Source: an uncultured Gammaproteobacteria bacterium (GTDB lineage: Bacteria; Patescibacteriota; Patescibacteriia; Patescibacteriales; UBA12465). Taken from it: 56,746 nt of DNA. Below are positions 47,460 to 56,691 of this stretch, piece by piece. The notes below the pieces were generated by a model that worked only from the letters and a program-made list of their open reading frames with translations, searched no databases and was not told the DNA's origin. The translations under genes and the position numbers were made by a program. Location: contig CAYMZF010000001.1 in the NCBI GenBank assembly GCA_964394905.1, positions 1 through 56,746 on the forward strand, written 5' to 3'. How positions within the stretch are numbered: the stretch's first letter is position 1; the number at the start of each line of letters is the position of its first letter.

Positions 47460-48716
47460 TTATTCGTAGTTTAAAGCTTCTACCGGTTCTAATTTACTGG
47501 CTTTTTTAGCCGGGTAAATTCCAAAAATTAATCCAATTAATCCGGAAACAACAACCGCCATAAACAGCGACCAAAAACCAATAGCAAAAACCCAATCATA
47601 ACCTAGAGCGGTTATAATTACCGATAATAACCAAGAAATTATAATTCCTAAAATAATTCCGATAAAACCTCCAATAGAAGTCAAAAAAATAGCTTCAACT
47701 AAAAATTGACTGATAATATTTTTATTGGATGCTCCCAACGCTTTACGCACACCGATTTCTCTAGTTCTTTCGTTAACGCTTATAAGCATAATATTCATTA
47801 TTCCAATTCCACCAACAATCAAAGACAAACCGGCCATTAAAGTTAAAAAATATTTTAAAGCATCAGTTACGGAAGTTATTAAATCTAATAACTCGGTTAT
47901 ACTTCTAACCGAAAAATCATCACTGGCTCCGGTCTGATCTTTGATACTATGATTATCACGCAAAATAGTTTCAACTTCAGAAATAACGGAATCAATAGCA
48001 AAATTTTCATTAGCTTTAAAACTGATAACGTTTACATAATCTATTCCGACCAAAACTTTTTGCATTGTTTTTATTGGCAACAAAACCTTATCATCATAAT
48101 TTTGAAAGGATACTTGGCCTCTTTCTTCTAATACTCCAACTACTTCAAAAACTTGTTTTTTTATTTTTATTCTTTTTCCGATAGCATCACTATCGCCAAA
48201 CAGTTCTTGTTTAACGGTGTTACCTAGTATCACTACTTTACTAATATTATCAGTTTCTTCTTTAGTAAAAAATCGACCTGAAGATAAATTACCTCCCTCA
48301 ACAGCCAAATAATCCTGAGTTACTCCTTCTAAACTAGTGCCATAAGAATTATTTCTGTAATTTAGGGTTCCAACGCCATTAACATAAGCAACGGCCGAAT
48401 CAACCCCAATAGTATCTTTTACTTTTTCAATTGATTTTAAATCATCCAAGGTTAGCGAAGTTACCACTATTCCTAAAACTGAAGTTGGCGGACCATCATC
48501 TTCGGATTTACCCGGAGTAATAGAAACAACATTAGAACCGATGCTTTGAACTTGTCCTAAAATTAAACTTTGAGCTCCGGCTCCCAGTGACATAATAATA
48601 ATTACCGAAGCCACACCGATAACAATACCTAACATAGTTAAAAAACTTCTAACTTTATTGGTCAGAAGAGCTTTAATGGAGGTCCTAATTGCTTGTTTAA
48701 ATGATAAATAATTCAT
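47460..48716 (-). CDS. MacB/FtsX-type ABC permease (first copy)
   Basis: Same architecture as the second copy; RTREIGVRKALGA and LEPVEAL. Confidence 0.85.
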   Translation of the reverse strand: MNYLSFKQAIRTSIKALLTNKVRSFLTMLGIVIGVASVIIIMSLGAGAQSLILGQVQSIGSNVVSITPGKSEDDGPPTSVLGIVVTSLTLDDLKSIEKVKDTIGVDSAVAYVNGVGTLNYRNNSYGTSLEGVTQDYLAVEGGNLSSGRFFTKEETDNISKVVILGNTVKQELFGDSDAIGKRIKIKKQVFEVVGVLEERGQVSFQNYDDKVLLPIKTMQKVLVGIDYVNVISFKANENFAIDSVISEVETILRDNHSIKDQTGASDDFSVRSITELLDLITSVTDALKYFLTLMAGLSLIVGGIGIMNIMLISVNERTREIGVRKALGASNKNIISQFLVEAIFLTSIGGFIGIILGIIISWLLSVIITALGYDWVFAIGFWSLFMAVVVSGLIGLIFGIYPAKKASKLEPVEALNYE

Positions 48717-48729
48717 GACGGTAATAAAA

Positions 48730-49443
48730 TTATTTTAATAACGATCCTTCATGAGCGATTCTTTGTTGGGCCACCGGTTCGTCACTGATTATTAATCCGT
48801 CTTTTATTTTTATTATTCTTTTAGCATGCTCGGCCGTAAAAGTTTCATGGGTTACCAATATAATAGTATTACCCATTTCATTTAATTTTTGTAAAATTTC
48901 CATAATTTGAATTCCTGATTTAGAATCCAAGTTTCCGGTCGGTTCATCGGCAAAAATAACCGCTGGATTATTAACTAAAGCTCGAGCGATAGCTACTCGT
49001 TGCTTTTCTCCACCTGATATTTGATTAGTAAAAAAATGTAAGCGATGCTCCAAACCGACACTGGCTAAAACTTTTTTAGCTCGTTCGGTCATATTTTTTC
49101 TATTATTAGAATAAGTTAAAGGTAAAATTACATTATCCAAAACTGAAGTCTTGGGAAGTAAATTAAAAGATTGAAAAACAAAACCTATTTTTTCGTTACG
49201 AAAACCAGCTAATTGGTCATCATTTAATTCATTGACATTTTGCCCTTCAAATTCATAAACACCGCTACTGGCTCGATCTAATAGTCCTAAAATATGCATT
49301 AATGTTGATTTACCCGATCCGGACGGACCCATAATAGACACAAATTCTCCCGAATCAATATTAAAAGAAATGCCATGTAAAACTTTAGTGGCCACGTCAT
49401 CAGAAACATATTCTTTTTTTAAATTTTGAATTTTTATGAGCAT
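48730..49443 (-). CDS. ABC transporter ATP-binding protein (MacB/LolD-like)
   Basis: Walker [10 protein letters not shown], signature ISGGEKQR, Walker [13 protein letters not shown]. Confidence 0.9.
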   Translation of the reverse strand: MLIKIQNLKKEYVSDDVATKVLHGISFNIDSGEFVSIMGPSGSGKSTLMHILGLLDRASSGVYEFEGQNVNELNDDQLAGFRNEKIGFVFQSFNLLPKTSVLDNVILPLTYSNNRKNMTERAKKVLASVGLEHRLHFFTNQISGGEKQRVAIARALVNNPAVIFADEPTGNLDSKSGIQIMEILQKLNEMGNTIILVTHETFTAEHAKRIIKIKDGLIISDEPVAQQRIAHEGSLLK

Positions 49444-49450
49444 AAAATTA

Positions 49451-51361
49451 TTATTTGGTAACGGTAGAGGTAATAATTAAACTACCTTCTTGCAATTCTT
49501 CCGAAAAAACTTCCACTTTTGATTGATCGCCACTGATACCGGTTGTTACCGTAATTTCCGAAACCGTTTCGTTATTTAAAACTCGAACATACTGTTCGCC
49601 GTTATCCCTAACTAAAATAGCTCGACTTGGAACGGCTAAAACATTCTCTCTATAATCAGCAATAATATCAACATTGGCGGTCATACCCGATTTGATAATA
49701 AAATTATTTTTAGAAATTTCATCTTCTGAAAAATTTATTTTAATTTTATAATAAATAACATCGGAAATAGAGGTAGCGGCCGGATCAATAAAATAAACTT
49801 GACCGCTTATTTTATAATCATCGCCAAAAGCATCAAAAGTAATATTAGCCTTATTACCAACTTTAATTTTAGAAATATCCGATTCTGAAATATAAACTTC
49901 AATTTCAAAATTATTATCAGCCAATAAATTAATAACCGGGGTAGCGCTTATCACTTGCTCCCCCACTTCGGAATTGACTTCGGTTATTTTACCGTCAATC
50001 GGAGCTTTAATAATATTGTTTTCAATTTGTTTTTGAATTAAATTTAAATTAGCCGTAGCTTGGTCAACTTGAGCCTGAACCAATTTTAAATCATCGGAAC
50101 TGGCCGAAGACTTAAGTTTTGTCAGTTGCAAACGAACTACTTCATAATTTTTATAAGCAGCATCAACTTGAGCCTGGGCGGAACTTAATTGTTGATCACC
50201 GTTAGTTTTAGCCGAAGACAAAGCATTGGTAGCTTGCAGTATGGCATCATTTAAAGCCGCTTCAGCTTGTTTAACTGCATCTTGAGCGCCGGATACACTG
50301 GTATCATAACTTAAAATAGAATTATTATAAGCAAAATAGCTGGTTTGATTGGAAGAAATAGCGGCATTTATTAAATCTCTATTAGTATTAACATTAGCTT
50401 TAAAAGCGTCTAAAGAAGATTGTGATAAAGACGAAGAAATAACCGAGTTTTCTAAAGCGCTAAAACAATTATTTAAAACTGAAAAAACTTCTCGCAAAAA
50501 AATTGTTAAATCATCAGATGCTGTTTTAATGTTAGACGCTGTCGGATTATTTTTGGCAATACTAATACTATTTTCAATTTGAGATAATTTTTCCACCGAT
50601 TGATTATATTTTTTTTCCGTTTCAATTTTATAAATATAATTTTTAACGCTAAAAACATTTTCTAAATCATCATCATCCAAAATTCTTTTAACGGCATCCA
50701 GTGATGATCGGGCCACCGAAAAATTATAATCTAAAGTTGACAATAAAGAACTTTGATTATTTGTTAATGTTTGCTTAGCGGTTTTTTCAGTATTAGCTAA
50801 ATTAACTTTAGCCGATTCTACCGCCTGTTTAACTGACATTGGAACTTGATAATTGGAAACTTTTAAATCATCTAAATTTTTTTGAGCTTGATTTATATTT
50901 TCTTCCACTGTTTTTTTAGTTTTATCTTGACTGTCTTTAGCGGAATTAAAAGATGTTTCCGCTTGCTTAACTTGAGCTTCCAGTACGGCCACATCTTCAT
51001 AAACGGCTCCTTTTATAATTTTTTCTTGATTGGTTTTAGCAATACTTAAAGCTGCTTCAGCTTCTTCTTTTTGTATTAATACGGACGAATAATCTAATTC
51101 GGCTAAAATATCACCGGCTTTAACTTCATCACCGACTTTGATATTTAAAGTTTGCAATTTTCCCGATTGAGAAAAGTTCAAACCAATTTCTTGACTGGCT
51201 TTAACCGCTCCGATTTCACTGACCGTTTGAGTTAAATTTTGTTTCTGCAATTCTACGGTAACGTATTCAGTTTTATCTTTTTTAAAAACTAAAGAAAAAA
51301 TAATTGCCAAAACGACAATTAAACAACTTCCAGTAATAATAATTACTTTTTTCTTTTTCAT
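49451..51361 (-). CDS. HlyD/MacA-family membrane-fusion (periplasmic adaptor) protein with very long alpha-helical insert
   Basis: N-terminal TM. Split lipoyl motif: VGDEVKAGDILAELD and IKAPIDGKITEV. About 360 largely Pro-free, heptad-like residues lie between the two halves. Confidence 0.8.
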   Translation of the reverse strand: MKKKKVIIITGSCLIVVLAIIFSLVFKKDKTEYVTVELQKQNLTQTVSEIGAVKASQEIGLNFSQSGKLQTLNIKVGDEVKAGDILAELDYSSVLIQKEEAEAALSIAKTNQEKIIKGAVYEDVAVLEAQVKQAETSFNSAKDSQDKTKKTVEENINQAQKNLDDLKVSNYQVPMSVKQAVESAKVNLANTEKTAKQTLTNNQSSLLSTLDYNFSVARSSLDAVKRILDDDDLENVFSVKNYIYKIETEKKYNQSVEKLSQIENSISIAKNNPTASNIKTASDDLTIFLREVFSVLNNCFSALENSVISSSLSQSSLDAFKANVNTNRDLINAAISSNQTSYFAYNNSILSYDTSVSGAQDAVKQAEAALNDAILQATNALSSAKTNGDQQLSSAQAQVDAAYKNYEVVRLQLTKLKSSASSDDLKLVQAQVDQATANLNLIQKQIENNIIKAPIDGKITEVNSEVGEQVISATPVINLLADNNFEIEVYISESDISKIKVGNKANITFDAFGDDYKISGQVYFIDPAATSISDVIYYKIKINFSEDEISKNNFIIKSGMTANVDIIADYRENVLAVPSRAILVRDNGEQYVRVLNNETVSEITVTTGISGDQSKVEVFSEELQEGSLIITSTVTK

Positions 51362-51388
51362 ATAAATAAATTAATGTTATTAATATAA

Positions 51389-51826
51389 TTAATCCATAAC
51401 CAAACCGCTATCATCTTCTTCACTTTCCTCTTTTTTATTATCTCCATCCGATCGGCCCATAATACGCATAACTCTATTAGAAAAGGTATAAATATCAAAT
51501 TCGCTTTTTAAAAAATAATAATTAGCCCCCAAACCAACGCTGCGACTCTTACTATCTTCATCACTTAAATCGGTAAAAATAAAAATTTCGGCATTACTGG
51601 TGTCATCGTCTTCTTTTATTTTTTTAATTATATCCAATCCTTCCAATCTTGGTAAAACTAAATCTAAAATTATAACTTCCGGTTTAAATTTTTTTATTCT
51701 TTTTAATAAATCATCCAATTCTTCAGTGGAATCACTAAGCTCAACTTCATAATCATTGGAAGAAAAAATATCACTTAAACCATATAAAATATCAGAATCG
51801 TCTTCAACTATAAATATTTTTTTCAT
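51389..51826 (-). CDS. stand-alone response-regulator receiver domain with acidic tail
   Basis: VEDD, ILDLVLP (phospho-acceptor Asp), IFIFTDL and YYFLKS (Lys). No output domain. Confidence 0.8.
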   Translation of the reverse strand: MKKIFIVEDDSDILYGLSDIFSSNDYEVELSDSTEELDDLLKRIKKFKPEVIILDLVLPRLEGLDIIKKIKEDDDTSNAEIFIFTDLSDEDSKSRSVGLGANYYFLKSEFDIYTFSNRVMRIMGRSDGDNKKEESEEDDSGLVMD

Positions 51827-51858
51827 ATTTTTTAAAAGTTAATAATAATTAATATTAA

Positions 51859-52836
51859 TTATTTAATATTTTTTAAACTTAATAATCCGTTTTGCGCTCC
51901 GAACTTAGCGACTAAAGAAGCGGTATTTTTCATCCCCCAATACATCGCTTTTTTATAATCTCCGTCTATTTTTAATAAAGATCCTAACACTGTAGAATTA
52001 AAAGCATCACCTACTCCCGTAGTATCAATTTCCACCGCTCTTTTAATAACCGCTTGATGATGAAAAAACTTCCCGTCGTAAATATAAGCTCCATTTATTC
52101 CGTCAGTTAAAATTATTATTTTAGGACCGCAACCTTTTAAAATTTTTATCAAATTTTCGCAATTATCTAAAAATTTATTATTATAGCCTGATAATTCCGG
52201 TGTTTTTTTAATAAGCTCTAAGGCTTCATCTTTATTTACCATAAAAATATCGGTGACTTTTAAAAAACCGGCTATTTTTTTTATACCGCCCGATAATTGA
52301 TTTAAACCGGGATTCCAGGCTATTTTATTTTTGTTGGCAAAAATATTTTTTAAAATAGAAATACTGTCATCAGGCAAAGACGTTAAATAAAGCCACTCAG
52401 CCTTTTTTAAAATAGCTTTTTGTTTATCGGTCAATGATAAATTATCATTAGCTCCCCGATAAGAAAAAATAATTCGATCTTTTTTATCACTAATAATAAA
52501 AGAAAAACCGGTATTTGATTTTTTATCAACATTAATCAATTTAGTATCAATTTTATTGTTATCAAAGTTTTCTAAAATCCTTTTACCTCGATCATCATCG
52601 CCAATACTGGCCAAGCAGGCAACTTTAAAGCCCATTTTAGCCAAATTAACGGCGGTATTAGAGGCTCCACCACCAAAACCTTGATAACATTCTTTTATAT
52701 TTATTTTAGCTCCATATTCAAAAGCCAACAATTTTTGCTTTAAAACGTTTTTTTTATTATCAACCATCACTCCATCTTTAGAGAAGAAAATTATATCCTC
52801 CGTTACTCCGCCAATGGTTATAAAGTCATAAAACAT
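51859..52836 (-). CDS. PfkB-family carbohydrate kinase
   Basis: GGGASNTAVNLAKMG and DTTGVGDAFNS motifs. I use the ATG at 52836 (MFYDFITIGG); the ORF-track start overlaps mreD. Confidence 0.8.
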   Translation of the reverse strand: MFYDFITIGGVTEDIIFFSKDGVMVDNKKNVLKQKLLAFEYGAKINIKECYQGFGGGASNTAVNLAKMGFKVACLASIGDDDRGKRILENFDNNKIDTKLINVDKKSNTGFSFIISDKKDRIIFSYRGANDNLSLTDKQKAILKKAEWLYLTSLPDDSISILKNIFANKNKIAWNPGLNQLSGGIKKIAGFLKVTDIFMVNKDEALELIKKTPELSGYNNKFLDNCENLIKILKGCGPKIIILTDGINGAYIYDGKFFHHQAVIKRAVEIDTTGVGDAFNSTVLGSLLKIDGDYKKAMYWGMKNTASLVAKFGAQNGLLSLKNIK

Positions 52837-52876
52837 AATTATAAAATTATTTTTAAAAACACTTATTATTATAGCA

Positions 52877-53413
52877 TTAAAAAGGTTTTTTTTCAAAAGT
52901 TAAGTTATTAGAATGACCTTTTTTGGGACTTAAAAAATAAAAAGAGATAATTACTCCCAAAAACATCCAAATTATTTGAAGCAACAAATTAAGCCAAAAA
53001 GAACCGCCAAACCAGGAGATTCCCAAAGAATTTTTATCCGCTAAATATATTAAAAAATAAAGAAATAAATTATAAAAAATTGTTATAAACAAACTAACCG
53101 CCAAAAAAGAATAAATGGAGCGATTGGTAAAAAAGTTCTGCCAAACAAAATTAGCCACCACCAAGGTCAATAAAAAAGAAAAAGTATAAAAACCAAAAGG
53201 ATAAAAAGAAAAAATATCTATAATTATACCGATAATAAATGAAAATAAAATTGATGCTTTAAAATCGCGAAAAATAAAAAGCCAAATAATAAAAAATAAA
53301 ATTAAATCAAATCGAGCCCAAAAACCAGACCAAGAATTTATTAATGAAAATTGTATTAAAAACAAAAGCAAAGCCAAAAAAATAAAACCTAAAATTTTAA
53401 AATATTTAACCAT
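52877..53413 (-). CDS. mreD: rod shape-determining protein MreD
   Basis: 178 aa with 5 TM segments, immediately after mreC. Confidence 0.6.
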   Translation of the reverse strand: MVKYFKILGFIFLALLLFLIQFSLINSWSGFWARFDLILFFIIWLFIFRDFKASILFSFIIGIIIDIFSFYPFGFYTFSFLLTLVVANFVWQNFFTNRSIYSFLAVSLFITIFYNLFLYFLIYLADKNSLGISWFGGSFWLNLLLQIIWMFLGVIISFYFLSPKKGHSNNLTFEKKPF

Positions 53414-53429
53414 AATAAATTAGTAAATA

Positions 53430-54236
53430 TTATTTAGGAATAATTACTGAAACAATGCTCAAATTATTAACATTAAACAAAGCCTCGGCATTAACATCTT
53501 GCCAAATATCATTAACCTCCTGATTAATAAAATTTATCCGACCCACCGCCAAACCTCTAGGAATGTCAGGTTCTAGACCGGAAGTAATAATCATATCATT
53601 AATACCAAGGGTTTCGCCTTGAGAAACATAATTGAGTTTAATTGATAATCCTAAATTTCCTTCCGCTAAACCGATACTATGATCGGAATTATTAACTGTT
53701 ACGGCCATTTTACAAAAATTATTACTGATAATACAAAGTTTAGAACTTTTATTATTAACTTCAATTATTTTTCCAACAATTACTCCAGATTCATTTATTA
53801 CCGCCAAACCCGTTCTAATTCCGTCGTCGCTCCCTTTATTGATAACCAAATTTTGATTATAATTGGAAAAACTTAATAGATTTTCCTGCCAAACGACATT
53901 AGCTAAAACATAATCATAAGAATTGGTTTCAAAAAAATTTAAATATTTTTTTAATTTTTCATTTTCTTCTTGTAAAGAATAAAAACTAGCCAATTCCGCT
54001 TCCTTGGATTCAATTTGACTTTTTAAAAAGATATTTTCGTCAACCAATTGAGCTTTAGTCTCTTTATTATCTGATTTTTTAATGGAAGAATTTCTAAAGC
54101 TGGAACTAATAGAATTCACCATTCCCCCTAAAATTTTCTGACCGAAGGAAGAAAAACCGATAATATTTAAAAAAATAAGCAGTAAGACCACTGCCAAAAA
54201 AATCTTGTATTTTTTTCTTCGCTTTAAAAAATCCAT
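53430..54236 (-). CDS. mreC: rod shape-determining protein MreC
   Basis: N-terminal TM, a coiled coil (ENEKLKKYLNF), then beta-domains (GLAVINESGVIVGKI, ITSGLEPDIPRGLAVG). Confidence 0.85.
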   Translation of the reverse strand: MDFLKRRKKYKIFLAVVLLLIFLNIIGFSSFGQKILGGMVNSISSSFRNSSIKKSDNKETKAQLVDENIFLKSQIESKEAELASFYSLQEENEKLKKYLNFFETNSYDYVLANVVWQENLLSFSNYNQNLVINKGSDDGIRTGLAVINESGVIVGKIIEVNNKSSKLCIISNNFCKMAVTVNNSDHSIGLAEGNLGLSIKLNYVSQGETLGINDMIITSGLEPDIPRGLAVGRINFINQEVNDIWQDVNAEALFNVNNLSIVSVIIPK

Positions 54237-54240
54237 ATAA

Positions 54241-55284
54241 TTATAAATCTAAAACCGAAGTTATTTTTTTTAATAATTCTTCATCGGCAAATAGACTACC
54301 GGCTCCTCTAACCATAGCTGTTAAAGGATCTTCCACTACTACTACCGGAATTTTAGTAGCCTTGGCAATTAACTTATCCAAACCATAAAGCAAAGCTCCT
54401 CCACCGCTTAAAAAAAGACCATGTTCATAAATATCACCAACCAATTCGGGCGGAGTTTCTTCTAAAGTTAATTTTATATTCTCAATTATTTTTATAATGG
54501 TTTTTTTAATAGCTTCACGAACTTGAGTATCAGTAATAATAATAGCGGTCGGTAAACCATTAGTTAAATCACGCCCCCTTATTTCCATAGAACGATCTTC
54601 GTCAAATGGAATAACTGAAGCTAAATTTATTTTTATTTTCTCCGCCAATTGTTCCCCGATTAAAACATTAAACTTATCTCGGATATAATCAATAATATTA
54701 TTATCCAATTCATTCCCGGCAATTCGAAGCGATTTCCAAGAAACCACACCAGACAAAGAAATAACGGCGATATCGGTAGTTCCTCCTCCGATATCAACAA
54801 TCATATTGGCTCGAGGACTATCCACTGGCAAGCCAGCTCCTAAAGCGGCCGCCATAGCCTCTTCAATTAAATATACTTTACGAGCTCCGGCCGATTTAGC
54901 CGCATCTTCTACGGCCTTTTTTTCCACTTCGGTAATATCAAGCGGAATTCCTATTATAACCCGAGGTCGGGGTAAAAACGAAAAACCTTCCCCATGAACT
55001 TTATTAATAAAATGTTTTAACATCTTTTCGGTAATTTCAAAATCAGAAATAACACCGTTAACTAACGGTTTGATAGCTTGAATATGAGCCGGAGTTTTAC
55101 CGACCATTTTCTTGGCTTCAAAACCTATTTCCAAAATTTCCGTAGTCTTGGTGTTAATAGCCACCACACTAGGTTCGTTAATAACAATACCTTTTTTATC
55201 AACATACACTAAAGTATTTTTAGTGCCTAAATCAATAGCAATATCATAGCCTAAACGTCCGATTTGTTTTAAAAATTCAAACAT
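54241..55284 (-). CDS. mreB: rod shape-determining protein MreB (paralog 1)
   Basis: IAIDLGTKNTLVY and IVDIGGGTTDIAVISLSG; heads mreCD. Confidence 0.9.
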   Translation of the reverse strand: MFEFLKQIGRLGYDIAIDLGTKNTLVYVDKKGIVINEPSVVAINTKTTEILEIGFEAKKMVGKTPAHIQAIKPLVNGVISDFEITEKMLKHFINKVHGEGFSFLPRPRVIIGIPLDITEVEKKAVEDAAKSAGARKVYLIEEAMAAALGAGLPVDSPRANMIVDIGGGTTDIAVISLSGVVSWKSLRIAGNELDNNIIDYIRDKFNVLIGEQLAEKIKINLASVIPFDEDRSMEIRGRDLTNGLPTAIIITDTQVREAIKKTIIKIIENIKLTLEETPPELVGDIYEHGLFLSGGGALLYGLDKLIAKATKIPVVVVEDPLTAMVRGAGSLFADEELLKKITSVLDL

Positions 55285-55294
55285 AAAATTCTAT

Positions 55295-56533
55295 TTAAAT
55301 TATTTTTTTCAAAAATTCTGAAATTTTATTAATATCTATTAACTCGTTAATTTCATTATTACGAGATTTAAGTTCCACTTTGTTCTCAACTAAAGTTTTT
55401 TCACTAATAACCAAACGATACGGACAACCAATTAAATCAGAATCAACAAATTTTTCTCCCGGACTAACATTGTCCCGATCATCATACAATACTTCAATAT
55501 TTTCACTTAATAATTTTTGATAGAGTTTTTCTGCTTCTTCATTTTGTTTTAAAGAAATAAGGTGAACAGAAAAAGGAGCGATGTTTTTTGGCCAAACTAT
55601 TCCTTTATCATCATGACAAACCTCAACAATTGTTCCCATGATACGACTGGGGCCCATACCATAACAACCCATTAGCACGTCTTTACTATTTTCATCTTTA
55701 TCTTTAAAAGTAAAGCCAAAAGCTTTAGAATATTTAGTTTTTAATTCAAAAATATTACCTACTTCAATTGCTTTTTTCTCATTCAAAACAGTAGCCCCAC
55801 ATTCCGGGCAAGTACTTTGCTCAGAAATAATTTCTTTGTTAACGGCAATATGGCATTTTGGACAAATATAAATAATATCTTCTCCGTTTTCACAAATAGT
55901 TTGAAATTCATGTGAATATTTAGAAAAGGTTCCACCGGCCGCATAAGTAAAATAAGTTAAATCTCCTAAACCTAAGCGGTTATAAATTTTTACGTAAGCC
56001 TCTTTTACTTTATTATAATATTCTTTTAAACTTTCTTCATCGGCATGAAAAGAATATAAATCTTTCATCACAAATTCCCTGCCACGAAGTAACCCAGCCT
56101 TAGCTCTCTTTTCGTTACGGAATTTAGTTTGAATTTGATAAACAGCAAAAGGTAAATCTTTATACGACAAAGTAAATTTTTGTCCTAAAGGAGTAACAAT
56201 CTCTTCATGAGTTGCTCCTAAAGCATATTCTTTATCATCTGAACCAACTAATTTAAACAAAACATCTAAGTCGTCCCAACGACCAGTCTTCTGCCAATTT
56301 TCCTTAGGATTTAAAGCCGGCATTAAAATTTCTTGTCCTGAAACAGCATTAATTTCTTCTCGAATAATGTTGTTTATTTTATGTAGAACCTTTAAACCTA
56401 AAGGTAAAAAAGTATAAATACCAGCTCCAACTTTATCAATAAAACCGGCTCTCATTAAAACTTGAGCGTTATACGAGGTTTCGTCTTTCGGTAATTCTTT
56501 TATAGTTTTAGTAAATAGAAATGATTGTTTCAT
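55295..56533 (-). CDS. proS: proline--tRNA ligase, bacterial-type but without INS editing domain
   Basis: QIQTKFRNEKR...REFVMKDLYSF (motif 2) and GCYGMGPSRIMG (motif 3). CPKC-x14-CPEC stands where INS normally sits. I use the ATG at 56533. Confidence 0.9.
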   Translation of the reverse strand: MKQSFLFTKTIKELPKDETSYNAQVLMRAGFIDKVGAGIYTFLPLGLKVLHKINNIIREEINAVSGQEILMPALNPKENWQKTGRWDDLDVLFKLVGSDDKEYALGATHEEIVTPLGQKFTLSYKDLPFAVYQIQTKFRNEKRAKAGLLRGREFVMKDLYSFHADEESLKEYYNKVKEAYVKIYNRLGLGDLTYFTYAAGGTFSKYSHEFQTICENGEDIIYICPKCHIAVNKEIISEQSTCPECGATVLNEKKAIEVGNIFELKTKYSKAFGFTFKDKDENSKDVLMGCYGMGPSRIMGTIVEVCHDDKGIVWPKNIAPFSVHLISLKQNEEAEKLYQKLLSENIEVLYDDRDNVSPGEKFVDSDLIGCPYRLVISEKTLVENKVELKSRNNEINELIDINKISEFLKKII

Positions 56534-56606
56534 AAGTAAAGAAAACAAGCTCAAAAAAGTCATTTTCAGCTAAAATGTCTATAATTATTATATAATGATG
56601 ATAATA

Positions 56607-56650
56607 CAAAAAAACGCCTTTGTAAATACTTTTGTAAATACTAAGGTGCT
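56607..56650 (-). terminator. intrinsic terminator of the right-edge gene, large loop
   Basis: On the minus strand, GCACCTT...AAGGCGT (6 of 7 positions pair, one G.U) is followed by TTTTTTTG. The 22-nt loop is part of a 12-nt tandem duplication. Confidence 0.5.
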
Positions 56651-56691
56651 TTAAAAAAATTTAAAAAATAATAAAAATAAAGCAAAAATAT

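Noticed and set aside
1549-54997. About 25 short ORFs (60-118 aa) in the ORF track that lie antisense to, or out of frame within, the large genes. Examples: 1549-1782, 2127-2324, 5236-5427, 5456-5719, 6124-6360, 9547-9798, 15727-15909, 16376-16579, 16730-16942, 19572-19754, 21523-21759, 23900-24112, 23988-24224, 31319-31561, 32907-33146, 40715-40903, 44014-44205, 45687-45872, 46401-46685, 47725-47937, 47949-48131, 50349-50582, 53679-53876, 54806-54997.
   Set aside because: Each is fully embedded in a gene with clear family motifs. Their translations are low-complexity F/L/I/S/K strings typical of the reverse frame of Lys/Glu-rich coding DNA, and none has a recognisable motif.
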